64,000 nucleotides of DNA, taken from contig CAYSDV010000009.1 of assembly GCA_964429905.1 (NCBI GenBank), forward strand, positions 16,378 to 80,377, read 5' to 3'. The notes under the pieces are model-generated. The model made no database searches. It had not been told where the DNA came from and saw only the letters and a list, made by a program, of their open reading frames with translations. This DNA is from an uncultured Treponema sp. (GTDB lineage Bacteria; Spirochaetota; Spirochaetia; Treponematales; Treponemataceae). Both the position numbers and the translations under genes were made by a program. Shown here piece by piece: positions 27,949-37,629 of this stretch. Each line of letters begins with the position of its first letter. Position 1 is the stretch's first letter.

Positions 27949-28620
27949 TTATTTTTTCCTGTAAAGCATACAAGGTCTTCCGCCGGTGCAATAATTTATA
28001 TCTTCGGTTAATTGTTTTTGCTTTACAAGATAGTTCAGATAATGGCGGACTGTAACTATCGAAATTCCAAGTTTTTCCGCAATCATATCTCCGCTTTGCC
28101 ACCCGGAATTTTCATCAAAATAAGTCAAAATCAATTTTAAAGTTTTTTCCTGTATTCCTTTAGGATAACTTTTTTCTTTTGTTTTTGTCGTATTTGAAAT
28201 TATGCTGTCTATGGAACTTTGGTCTAAAACTGTCTTTTGTTTTAGAGTTTCCACCTTTGTAGAAAATTTTTCCAATGCAATCTGAAAACGTTCATACGCA
28301 AACGGTTTTATAAGATAATCAATTACGCCAAGATGCATTGTTTCTTCCAAAGTTTGCGCATCATTTGCCGCAGTAACCATAATAACTTCGGAATTTATTT
28401 TTTTTCTTCGTATTAATTTCAATGTTTCAAGACCGTCCATATTCGGCATATAAACATCCATCACAATCAAATCGACTTTGTTATTTTCAAGGAAATTCAA
28501 CGCTTCCTCGCCGTTTTTGCACGAACTTACAACAGAAAAATTTTTATTTTTGCAAACATATTGTTCATTTATCATTGCGACCATCGGGTCATCTTCTATA
28601 ATTAAAACTTTATAATCCAT
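27949..28620 (-). CDS. response regulator (CitB/DcuR-type REC plus HTH)
   Basis: 223 aa. Has MDYKVLIIEDDPMV, DLIVMDVYMPNMDG and a C-terminal HTH. Confidence 0.8.
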   Translation of the reverse strand: MDYKVLIIEDDPMVAMINEQYVCKNKNFSVVSSCKNGEEALNFLENNKVDLIVMDVYMPNMDGLETLKLIRRKKINSEVIMVTAANDAQTLEETMHLGVIDYLIKPFAYERFQIALEKFSTKVETLKQKTVLDQSSIDSIISNTTKTKEKSYPKGIQEKTLKLILTYFDENSGWQSGDMIAEKLGISIVTVRHYLNYLVKQKQLTEDINYCTGGRPCMLYRKK

Positions 28621-28635
28621 TAAATCCCCGCAAAA

Positions 28636-29901
28636 TTAACGCTTTTCCAAAGTTACCATAAAACAAGAACCGTTTCCAACTTGCGATTCCACAGAAATTG
28701 TTCCTCCAAGACTTTCTATCAACTGCTTAGTATGATAAAGTCCCACTCCGCGGCCAGTTCCTTTTGTGGAAAATCCATTCTCAAAAATTCTTGATTTCAG
28801 TTCATCAGAAATTCCAGGTCCCGTATCTTTTACAGTGATTAAAAGTTTTCCCGTTGTTGTAAAAACTCCAAAAGTCAATTCGCGCACTCTGTCAAAAGAA
28901 GATGAATTCATTGCATCCAAAGCGTTATCAATTAAATTTCCTGTGATTGTAACTAACGCTTCGGAAGGAACTTCGATATCTTTGGAATTAAAACAAATAT
29001 CATCCTGCAAAATAAATTTTACATTACATTCCGACGCGCGTGCGATTTTTCCAATCAGCAAAGCCGCAAAAGAAGGATTTTCTATGCAATTCATAACTTT
29101 GCTGACTGTTTCCCGCTGAATAATAGAAATATTTTCAATGTAAGAAATTGCTTTTTCATATTCACCAATTTCTACCAAACCAAGAATTACGTGCAATTTA
29201 TTTGTAAAATCATGATTATTTGCCCGCATAGAATCCACCAAAAATTTTGTTCCTTCAAAATCTTCTGTAAATTCCATAAACTCCGATTTTATTCTTTTAA
29301 AAAAATATGCGCATATTAAAAGTTCAATAATTATTGCAACAAAAATAACAATCACGAACATCCAAACAGTTTTTATTGTTACGGACTCAATTGAAGTTCT
29401 AAGCCTGATTGTCATAATAAATCCTGAATAAGAGCCGTTTTCATCATAAATTGCAGAATAGGTTCTTCTTTGCGGCCCAGACGGACCAATATCTGTTTCT
29501 GTATAAAATCCTTGCGGATGATTTTCAAAATTTGGAATTGTTCCATCATATTCTTTATTTATCAAAAAATGATTCGTATGATAAATTCGGTTATTGTTTT
29601 TATCTACAATAGAAATAACATCAACGTCCGGAAGATCTTTTACAACAGAATCCATATATTTTCGCAAATCTTCCTTGGAAAAATTCTTTGTAAAATCGTA
29701 AAGCCGCGTTATAAGTTCCGATGTATCCTGAAGATTTTGATTAAAAAGTTTGTCGTTTGATTTTATGTTTATGAACGCTCCGCCAGCAGTCAAAAAAATT
29801 GTTACCGCAATAATTAAAATCAATTGTTTTTTTTGAATTTCTTTTCGCAAAAAATGTAATTTTCCGTGATTTGTCTTAGCAGATTTTGAATTAATTTCCA
29901 T
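28636..29901 (-). CDS. sensor histidine kinase (CitA/DcuS-type, SpoOB-like H-box)
   Basis: 421 aa with two TM segments. H-box is RANNHDFTNKLHVILGLVEIGEY. ATPase motifs are NLIDNALDAM and GFSTKGTGRGVGL. Confidence 0.8.
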   Translation of the reverse strand: MEINSKSAKTNHGKLHFLRKEIQKKQLILIIAVTIFLTAGGAFINIKSNDKLFNQNLQDTSELITRLYDFTKNFSKEDLRKYMDSVVKDLPDVDVISIVDKNNNRIYHTNHFLINKEYDGTIPNFENHPQGFYTETDIGPSGPQRRTYSAIYDENGSYSGFIMTIRLRTSIESVTIKTVWMFVIVIFVAIIIELLICAYFFKRIKSEFMEFTEDFEGTKFLVDSMRANNHDFTNKLHVILGLVEIGEYEKAISYIENISIIQRETVSKVMNCIENPSFAALLIGKIARASECNVKFILQDDICFNSKDIEVPSEALVTITGNLIDNALDAMNSSSFDRVRELTFGVFTTTGKLLITVKDTGPGISDELKSRIFENGFSTKGTGRGVGLYHTKQLIESLGGTISVESQVGNGSCFMVTLEKR

Positions 29902-30065
29902 TGAATAAATATATCACATAAAAAAGATAATATACCTTTTGAAAGTAAAAAAAGTTTTTGCACAGAAATTCATTTTTTAATCTTTCAAAAAATTGTTTTA
30001 ATTTTTTTTTGTACTAGGATATAACCACAAAATAAAAAAATGATTCACTTGGAGGAATCTTAAAA

Positions 30066-31031
30066 ATGGAATTTGCACATCTTTTTGAAGCATTAATGTT
30101 GGTTTGTTTTGGTTTTTCTTGGCCTTTAAATGTAATTAAAGCATATAAAGCAAGAACAGCAAAGGGAACAAGTCTTGGTTTTATCATTTTGATTATAACA
30201 GGATATCTTGCCGGAATTACAGCAAAAATTATCAATCAGCAATTCAATTATGTTCTTGCGGTATATTTTATCAATCTTGCAATTGTTATGTGCAATATTT
30301 TTATTTATATAAGAAACAAAGCGTTAGACAGAAAAGCTAAAAACGGAAATATTCTTAAAATAGACAGTCTTAAAATTGAAAATATTGAGGAGAACGCTAT
30401 GAGTTTGAATTATTCCAATTCTTTGGACGAAATCATTAACAAAACAAATGACAACATTGAAAAAACAAATTCTGTTATTCTTATGGGCGGAGAATTCGAC
30501 AAAAAGATTCCAGTTAATGAACTTGCAAAAACGTTCGATTTCAATTTTGACATTTACAACAAAAGCAATGCAGAACTCTGCGCCGCAAATTCAGCAAAAT
30601 ACTTTAAAGAAAATATTGCACCGCTTTATCCGGAAGGAATTTTAATTCACTTAGGAAAAAATGATTTAAAATCTTTCACAGAAGATAACACCGGATTTGA
30701 CAACGATTATCTTAATCTTATCAACGAAATCAAGCAAAACAACAAAAATTGCAGAATTGCATTGATTTCTGTAAACAACCCTAACAAAGACAAAAATATT
30801 GCTGCGATGAATGCTCACATAAAAGCAATTGCAGAAAGCGCAAAAGCAACATTTGTAAACCTGGAAAGCGTAAAACTTTGGAATCCAAACGCAACAAAAG
30901 CTGCTACAGAATTCGCTTATTCAATGGGCTTAAGAATCAGAAAACCATTAAAAGACGTTGCAGATATTCTTTACAGCTATGCATTCAAAGAATTTGCAGA
31001 AGAAGATGCAAACATCACTTTAGTCGGCTAA
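30066..31031 (+). CDS. membrane protein: PQ-loop/SemiSWEET-like 3-TM N-terminus fused to a degenerate SGNH-like domain
   Basis: 321 aa. N-terminus is FGFSWPLNVIKAYKARTAKGTS. The C-terminal domain has LIHLGKNDL (SGNH block III-like) but VILMGGEFD in place of GDS. Confidence 0.35.
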   Translation: MEFAHLFEALMLVCFGFSWPLNVIKAYKARTAKGTSLGFIILIITGYLAGITAKIINQQFNYVLAVYFINLAIVMCNIFIYIRNKALDRKAKNGNILKIDSLKIENIEENAMSLNYSNSLDEIINKTNDNIEKTNSVILMGGEFDKKIPVNELAKTFDFNFDIYNKSNAELCAANSAKYFKENIAPLYPEGILIHLGKNDLKSFTEDNTGFDNDYLNLINEIKQNNKNCRIALISVNNPNKDKNIAAMNAHIKAIAESAKATFVNLESVKLWNPNATKAATEFAYSMGLRIRKPLKDVADILYSYAFKEFAEEDANITLVG

Positions 31032-31057
31032 TTTCTTAGATTATTTTCATAGAAAAA

Positions 31058-31093
31058 GGTTCTGCGTTATTAAAAACCAGAACCTTTTTTTTT
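31058..31093 (+). terminator. rho-independent terminator
   Basis: GGTTCTG-13 nt-CAGAACC followed by T9. Confidence 0.7.
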
Positions 31094-31216
31094 CGCAATC
31101 ATCCCACAAAATTCCCAAAAAAGATTTTTTCGTATTGTTTGCTATAAGAAAAATTTTACTTAATTATAAATAATTTTACTTTAATATTTAAATTTATTTA
31201 TGCGGATTTTAAATAA

Positions 31217-33169
31217 GTGATGTACAATATTAGTATGAATTCATTATTTTGGAATCCCTTGTATGAGATAACTGCATTAACAATGATAATTCTCTTCATT
31301 ACTTTCTATAATATGCAGAGAACTTTACCTACAAGAAAAAATTTGCAGTTCGCAAGAATTTTGACAATCGAATTGGTTTGTATTATTTTCAATTTACTTT
31401 CAACTTATGCCACAACTTACCCAAAAATCTATCCTGCCTGGGTTTTACATTTTACAAATCAAGTATATTTTATCTGTTTAAGTTCCATATATTACGCTTT
31501 CTATGCGTATTGCCGCTATTTAGCAGAAGAAAGCAAAAATTCATACAGAAAAAACTGGTGGATTTTTAAAATTCCTTTATATCTGATAATCACGTTATTA
31601 TTAATAAACCCTTTAACAGGCTGGATTTTTTACATTTCAGAAGCCGGCTATTCAAGAGGAATTTTATATAAATCAGTTTTAGTTCCTTACCAATTGTTTT
31701 ATTTACTTCTGGGACTTTTATTTGTTCTAAAAAGCAGAAAGAATATTTTATTAAAAGAAAAAAACTGCATATATTGCTTTTGCTTTATTATTTTTATCGG
31801 AACAATTTTCCAAGGCTACATTTTCCCGTATTGGTTGCTTATCAATAATTTTTTAACAATCGGATTTGCAATTTTATTCTTATCCACACAAAACCCAGAA
31901 TACGTTACAGATTCAAAAACAAAACTTTTCAGTGCGGATGCATTTATAAAATATTCCGAAGAATTAATTCACAGAAAAAAGCAGTTTAATTACATTGCTT
32001 TTACATTTTCAAATTTTAAAACTGCAATTTCTGTTTACGGACAAGATAACATTGACGAATTGCTTTTGCACATCGGTTCAACTGTTCTGAAAAAATTCAG
32101 GAAAAACCCATCTTTCTATATTCATAACGGAAAATTTGTAATTGCGCTAAATTCAAAAGATTCGGAAAAACAACTTCAAAACAAACTCAAAAAAACATTT
32201 GAAGAACCTTTTAAAATCGGCAACATAACATTGAATAATATGAAACTTCGTTCGGTAAGCCTGAACTTTAACAAGAACATTTCTTCAGGAAACGAACTTT
32301 TATCAATTTTGGAAACCGCTTTAGATTATGTAACAAACAACGACTCTTCTACAATGGAACAAATCGATGACGATTTGATTTCCAAAACAAAAGAAAATCA
32401 AAAAATAAAACGGGCTCTGCACAAAGCAATTGAACAGAATTCCCTGGTAGTTTACTATCAGCCGATTTTTGACAGCCAGGCAAATAAAGTTTCCTCCGCA
32501 GAAGCATTAGTCCGCATATTCGATCCGGAAATTGGATTGATTCAACCGAACTATTTTATTTCGCTTGCAGAAGAAGACGAAACAATCTTAAATCTTGGAA
32601 TGCAGGTTCTCAGAAAAGTTTGCGAATTCATAAAAACGCACGATATGGAAGCCTTGGGATTAAGTTATATAGAAGTAAATCTTTCTCCAATTCAATGTAT
32701 GCATAAAAATTTGGCAGATGATATTATCAACATCACAAAAGAATATGACGTTGATTTGTCTTATTTGAATTTTGAAATCACAGAAAGTTCAATGGTTAAT
32801 ATTGAAGAAGTAAAAAAGATGATGACAAAATTAATTGATGCCGGAGCAAGTTTTTCTTTGGACGATTATGGAACCGGATTTTCCAATCTAATCAATGTTC
32901 TAAAACTGCCTTTAAAGATCATCAAAATAGACAAATCCATCGTCAACGGATATTTTATAAGCAAGCAGGGAATTCTCCCAAAAATTGTAAGTATGTTCCA
33001 TGACGAAGGATTTGACGTTCTTGCAGAAGGTGTGGAAACAGAACCTCAAAAAGAAGGCATAAACAGTATGAACTGCCGCTACATTCAAGGTTTTTATTAT
33101 TCCAAACCGCTTCCGCAGGAAAAATTCATTGAATATCTTCAGGAAAACAACACTGCAAATCCTGAATAA
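31217..33169 (+). CDS. membrane-bound c-di-GMP phosphodiesterase (polytopic N-terminus, degenerate GGDEF, EAL)
   Basis: 650 aa. EAL motifs are YYQPIF, EALVR, EITES, DDYGTGFSN, KIDKS, EGVET and QGFYYSKP. The GGDEF position reads HNGKF. Confidence 0.85.
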   Translation: MMYNISMNSLFWNPLYEITALTMIILFITFYNMQRTLPTRKNLQFARILTIELVCIIFNLLSTYATTYPKIYPAWVLHFTNQVYFICLSSIYYAFYAYCRYLAEESKNSYRKNWWIFKIPLYLIITLLLINPLTGWIFYISEAGYSRGILYKSVLVPYQLFYLLLGLLFVLKSRKNILLKEKNCIYCFCFIIFIGTIFQGYIFPYWLLINNFLTIGFAILFLSTQNPEYVTDSKTKLFSADAFIKYSEELIHRKKQFNYIAFTFSNFKTAISVYGQDNIDELLLHIGSTVLKKFRKNPSFYIHNGKFVIALNSKDSEKQLQNKLKKTFEEPFKIGNITLNNMKLRSVSLNFNKNISSGNELLSILETALDYVTNNDSSTMEQIDDDLISKTKENQKIKRALHKAIEQNSLVVYYQPIFDSQANKVSSAEALVRIFDPEIGLIQPNYFISLAEEDETILNLGMQVLRKVCEFIKTHDMEALGLSYIEVNLSPIQCMHKNLADDIINITKEYDVDLSYLNFEITESSMVNIEEVKKMMTKLIDAGASFSLDDYGTGFSNLINVLKLPLKIIKIDKSIVNGYFISKQGILPKIVSMFHDEGFDVLAEGVETEPQKEGINSMNCRYIQGFYYSKPLPQEKFIEYLQENNTANPE

Positions 33170-33207
33170 ACTGCGGATTAGCGTTTTACAAAGTCACTTA
33201 AATTAAT

Positions 33208-33828
33208 TTACTTTTTAATCAAAGTGTCTATCCAAGAGCGGATTTCGCTTTCACCAGCATACGTTCCAAAACGCTTTCCGCTAAGCCAGTTTCCGTTATT
33301 ACTTCCTGCAACTTCGCAAAGAACCTTGTCGCTACTTCCAAGACCGGAACTCATTGAAGTTGCAAACGGAATTACAGTTTTGCCAGAAAAATCATTTTGC
33401 GTTACAAAACCGTTTACAGGCCAAGCCGCCATTCCCCACCAAATCGGATAACCGATAAAAACCGTATCGTATCTGCTTAAATCAATTACAGAATTTGGCG
33501 CAACTTTTGAATCAACTTTTTTCATATCAGATGCGGTTGCCTGCCCGTTTCCTTTTGAACCGAAAATCGCATCGTGTTCCTTTACAACCCTGCTGTTTCT
33601 GTCCGTCCAATTCAAATCTGCACGCGAATACGGCTTTGAACTTTCTATTTTAAGTAAATCCGCATTTAAATAAGAAGCGATTTTTTCCGCAACCGCTTTT
33701 GTAGTTCCAGTATCAGAATAATAAGCAACAAGAATTTTAGATTTTTCATTTGAACTTGAAGAACCATCAGCACAAACCGCTCCCGAAAGAATCAATGATG
33801 TAGTCAAAGCCATTAATAATTTTTTCAT
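33208..33828 (-). CDS. exported/lipoprotein flavodoxin
   Basis: I prefer the start MKKLLMALTTSLILSGAVCADG, with AGGAG 9 nt upstream. KILVAYYSDTGTTKAVAEKIA is a flavodoxin FMN loop. Confidence 0.7.
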   Translation of the reverse strand: MKKLLMALTTSLILSGAVCADGSSSSNEKSKILVAYYSDTGTTKAVAEKIASYLNADLLKIESSKPYSRADLNWTDRNSRVVKEHDAIFGSKGNGQATASDMKKVDSKVAPNSVIDLSRYDTVFIGYPIWWGMAAWPVNGFVTQNDFSGKTVIPFATSMSSGLGSSDKVLCEVAGSNNGNWLSGKRFGTYAGESEIRSWIDTLIKK

Positions 33829-33958
33829 AACATTCGCTCCTGTAAAACAATTTCCCTTCACAATTTATAATTGAAATATAAAACTTGAAAAAAAGAATGT
33901 ACAATACAACTTTTTTATGTTCAGTATAAATTGTGATTATAGTGAAAGTTCGATTTTA

Positions 33959-35113
33959 TTACGAAATTATTTGCTTAAATAAATACACATACAATGGTTC
34001 TGTCCGAACTTTAATTTTTGCAGTTGCTGTCATTCCTGGAACCAGGCTAATTACTTTCTTGTTCCGTTTGTCAATAAAATCAATATTATCTAAAGTTCCT
34101 GTTATTAAAAAATACGGCTGTCCATCAACTCCAAGCATGGAATCTTTTGAAATATTCAAAACGCGGCCTGTAATACTGGAAAAATTTGATGAAGGATATT
34201 TTTGAAAAGAAAGAGTAAATTCATCACCGGCATGCATTTCTGCAATATCCTGAACATTAACATTGATATAAACATTAAGTTTTCCATTAGCTTCAGGAAT
34301 AATTCTTGCAATTTTTGACTCCGAAACTATCGATTCTCCAATGTTTATTATTTGAAGTTCCTCAATATATCCATCACAGGTTGATTTTAAAACAGTTTGA
34401 TTCATCTGAAGCTGTAATTTTGCAATATTTGACTCAATTTCAGAAATAACAGACTTATTATATTCTAATTCCTCTGAATATTTAACCCGATTATCTGAAA
34501 AGAAATTCTCAAATTCAATTTTTGCACTATTAAATTTATTTTCAGCTTCCTTTAGCTCGATTTTACTTACGGTCTGCGGAAATAATTTTGTCGCTGCCTC
34601 ATATTGAAATTTACAAGATTCCATTTCAAGCTTTAATTTTTTTATTTGATTTGCAAGCGAATATATATATAATTCATTCGAATTTTGATTTTCACTCTCA
34701 TAGTTTTTCATAAAATGAAGTATAGTTTTGTCTTTTTGAACATATTCCTGATATTCTTTCAATCTTTTAAATTGCATTTCAAGTTCCTGCTTAATATAAG
34801 CATTATCAAGAACATACAACGTTTGACCGGCTATAACTTTTTGTCCGTTTTTAAATAATTTTTCTTTTATTGTTCCAGAGGTGATTGGTGTAATATAAAC
34901 CAAATCCTTAGATGGTCTGATTTGTGCATCTGATTTTATAATTACATCATAAGGTGCTATTATTATATAGATAATTATTAGTAAAATTATTCCTAAAATT
35001 ACAAATACAGATTTTTTCACAATGTCAGGAACCGAAAGTTCATAATAAGCCCGTGAGTATTTTAATTCTTTTCCTTCAAGAAAATGTATATCTTCCATCC
35101 TTATAAATTCCAA
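33959..35113 (-). CDS. HlyD-family bacteriocin secretion adaptor
   Basis: 384 aa with an N-terminal TM, lipoyl-like TSGTIKEKLFKNGQKVIAGQTLYVLD and a long coiled coil. It overlaps the ABC gene by 13 nt. Confidence 0.8.
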   Translation of the reverse strand: MEFIRMEDIHFLEGKELKYSRAYYELSVPDIVKKSVFVILGIILLIIIYIIIAPYDVIIKSDAQIRPSKDLVYITPITSGTIKEKLFKNGQKVIAGQTLYVLDNAYIKQELEMQFKRLKEYQEYVQKDKTILHFMKNYESENQNSNELYIYSLANQIKKLKLEMESCKFQYEAATKLFPQTVSKIELKEAENKFNSAKIEFENFFSDNRVKYSEELEYNKSVISEIESNIAKLQLQMNQTVLKSTCDGYIEELQIINIGESIVSESKIARIIPEANGKLNVYINVNVQDIAEMHAGDEFTLSFQKYPSSNFSSITGRVLNISKDSMLGVDGQPYFLITGTLDNIDFIDKRNKKVISLVPGMTATAKIKVRTEPLYVYLFKQIIS

Positions 35114-37230
35114 AGTTCGTAGTATTTACCTTTTAAAGCTAAAAGTTCTTTATGATTTCCACTTTCAACAATATTACCTTTATCCATAACAAAAATTATG
35201 TCTGAATTTTTTACTGTTGTAAGACGATGTGCAATCGTAATTGTTATAATCTCTTTTCCAAGCTCATCAACAACTTTTTGAAAACCTCTTTCGCTTACAG
35301 TATCTAAAGCACTAGTTGCCTCATCAAGCAAGAGTATATCTGGCTTGGATAAAAGGGCTCTTGCCAATGCAATTCTTTGCCTTTCACCGCCAGACAGGCT
35401 TGCTCCTCTTTCTGAAATTTTTGCATAATATTTATCCGGCATATCTTCTATAAAATTATCAGCCTGAGCCAACCTACATGCATACTGAACATCTTCCAGC
35501 GAATAACCAGAACGCCCCATGACAATATTTTCAAAAACCGTACCGCTGAATAAATACACTTCCTGCGGTACATAACCAATTCTGCTTCGTAAATAACCTG
35601 TATCTATATCTCTAATATCTTGATTTCCAATGAAAACACCGCCTTCATTCGCATCATAAAAATGTAAAAAAAGTTTCATTAGTGTTGATTTTCCGCAGCC
35701 GGATGCCCCGACAAAAGCTATTTTTCTGTTATCGCCAGTAGAAAAAGAAAGATCTGTAAAAACATTTCTTCTTGAGCCATACCTGAAACTTACATTTCTT
35801 AACTCAATAGGTAGAGAAATTTTTGAATTGTTTAATCCATTTTTAGATTTTAATTTTTCTTCTTCCAAGCCATAGATTTCACCAATTCTTTCCGCCGCAA
35901 CAATTGCTTCCTGTATCTGTGGCTGAAGTTCTATAAAACGTGCAAGCGGACCTGTAAAATATCCTGCAAGAGTATTAAAACTTATTAATTCACCTAAACT
36001 TAAGGTGTCTTTTAATATTAAATAGCCACCAATCCAATAAATTAAATTTGTACCAACCCCAGAAATTATACTTGTAATCAACTCCTTTACATTTCCATAA
36101 TTCCAGGCTTTTTGACCCAAATCAATATAACTTACAAGACGTCGCTCATACTCTTCTGTTGAATAACCTTGTGCATTTATGCTTTTTATCACAGGAATTC
36201 CCCCAAGCATTTCCACAAGATATGAGTTTAACTCCGCACTCTGTTCCATTTGCTCGCGATAATTCTTTACAAAAAACTTGCTGGAAGCCCAAACAACCAA
36301 GGAAGAAAGCGGAACTGTAATTATCAAAATCAAGAATAATTTGTAGCTGGTTACTCCTAAGTAAATTCCAGTAAAAACCATCATCAGCAAATCAAGCAAA
36401 GTTCCAAGTGCAATATTAGAAAGAGTTGTCCGGATCTTATCGCTATCATTAAAACGGCTTAAAATTTCTCCTGTCCTGCGGGTTTCAAAAAAGTTTAATG
36501 GTAAATATAAAACATGCTTTATGTACGAAATTGAAAGTGAAATATTTGTTTTCATTGTAAAAACACGCAAAAACTGAGACCGGCAGACTGTTAAAATCGC
36601 AGAGAAAACAGTCAGACACACAAGCGCAAAACTTAATACATGAAGGGAAGTATGAGCTTTTGAACCAATTATATCATCGACAAAAAATTTAAAATAAAGA
36701 CCGCTTAAAATACCAAACAATGAAAGAACCAAGGAAATAAGCACCATAAATGCCAATAGTCTTATATGCGCAGTAATTAATGGAACAAATTTTAATAATG
36801 CATGACCAGATTTTTGAATAACAAAATCTGGAGTTGGAGAAACAAGAATTAAATAACCTGACCAAATTTTTAAGAAATTTTCTTTTTCATAAGAAATTTT
36901 TCCAAGTGCCGGATCATAAATCCAAACGCGCTTTTCGTTTATTTTTGCAATAACAACAAAGTGATTGTTTCCATTCTGATACTGTAAATGCGCAACAAGA
37001 GGAACTGGAAACTTTTTAGAAAAAATCTGTTCATTCCCTTTTACGGCTTTTGCATCCAGATTAAGTTTTTTGGCAGCCTCAAGCATTCCTTTTAAAGATG
37101 TGCCTTCCCTGTCCGTTCCGGCAACTTCACGGATTTTCGTTATGGAAAGATGACTACCAAAGTGGCTTGCCAGCATTGCAAGACACGCCGCACCGCAATC
37201 TGTTTCATCGAATTGTTTTATGAGTTTCAT
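35101..37230 (-). CDS. peptidase C39 domain-containing ABC exporter (double-glycine leader cleavage and export)
   Basis: 709 aa. C39 catalytic Cys lies in QFDETDCGAACLAML. Walker A is GASGCGKST, the signature is LSGGERQR and Walker B is ILLLDEATS. Confidence 0.9.
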   Translation of the reverse strand: MKLIKQFDETDCGAACLAMLASHFGSHLSITKIREVAGTDREGTSLKGMLEAAKKLNLDAKAVKGNEQIFSKKFPVPLVAHLQYQNGNNHFVVIAKINEKRVWIYDPALGKISYEKENFLKIWSGYLILVSPTPDFVIQKSGHALLKFVPLITAHIRLLAFMVLISLVLSLFGILSGLYFKFFVDDIIGSKAHTSLHVLSFALVCLTVFSAILTVCRSQFLRVFTMKTNISLSISYIKHVLYLPLNFFETRRTGEILSRFNDSDKIRTTLSNIALGTLLDLLMMVFTGIYLGVTSYKLFLILIITVPLSSLVVWASSKFFVKNYREQMEQSAELNSYLVEMLGGIPVIKSINAQGYSTEEYERRLVSYIDLGQKAWNYGNVKELITSIISGVGTNLIYWIGGYLILKDTLSLGELISFNTLAGYFTGPLARFIELQPQIQEAIVAAERIGEIYGLEEEKLKSKNGLNNSKISLPIELRNVSFRYGSRRNVFTDLSFSTGDNRKIAFVGASGCGKSTLMKLFLHFYDANEGGVFIGNQDIRDIDTGYLRSRIGYVPQEVYLFSGTVFENIVMGRSGYSLEDVQYACRLAQADNFIEDMPDKYYAKISERGASLSGGERQRIALARALLSKPDILLLDEATSALDTVSERGFQKVVDELGKEIITITIAHRLTTVKNSDIIFVMDKGNIVESGNHKELLALKGKYYELWNL

Positions 37231-37252
37231 ACTTTTTTATTTAAAGAAATAA

Positions 37253-37287
37253 TTTTCCGGAGAATAAAAAAATTATTCGCCGGAAAA
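37253..37287 (-). terminator. stem-loop between precursor 1 and the exporter gene (partial terminator/attenuator candidate)
   Basis: TTTTCCGGAGAATAA / TTATTCGCCGGAAAA pairs at 14 of 15 positions with a 5-nt loop. T-rich sequence follows on the minus strand. Confidence 0.45.
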
Positions 37288-37297
37288 TGTTTTTTAA

Positions 37298-37540
37298 TTA
37301 TGACGAACTACTAGATGAACTAGAACCTGAGCCTGAACTTGAATTAGATCCTGAAGAACCACCTGAATTATTATCGCCACTTTTAGAACCACCAAAGATT
37401 GAGAAACTGCAACTAAAGCAAATACTTAAAGTGCAATCACCTCCATTAATATCCGCTAATTCATTTTCGGATAATCCATCGACAAGACCAAAACTTGCAT
37501 ATAAGTTATGATCTTCTACCGTTTTTAATAATCCAAACAC
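37298..37540 (-). CDS. double-glycine precursor peptide 1 (GTG start): Cys-rich core with a long Gly/Ser tail
   Basis: Leader MFGLLKTVEDHNLYASFGLVDGLSENELADINGG. Core DCTLSICFSCSFSIFGGSKSGDNNSGGSSGSNSSSGSGSSSSSSSS. It lies immediately upstream of the C39-ABC exporter. Confidence 0.75.
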   Translation of the reverse strand: MFGLLKTVEDHNLYASFGLVDGLSENELADINGGDCTLSICFSCSFSIFGGSKSGDNNSGGSSGSNSSSGSGSSSSSSSS

Positions 37541-37629
37541 TATTTTTTCCTTTCTTGTAATTGCGCAACTACATTTTTAATATTTTTAATTCCATACGGA
37601 ACTAATTTAAAGCTGATCAGGCTTCAAAA

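Noticed and set aside
37287-37511. 74-aa + strand ORF (MFFNYDELLDELEPEPELELDPEEPPELL...) opposite precursor 1.
   Set aside because: It is the antisense mirror of the Ser/Gly-rich codons (low-complexity E/P/L). It has no SD, and the minus-strand ORF has the GG leader and operon context.
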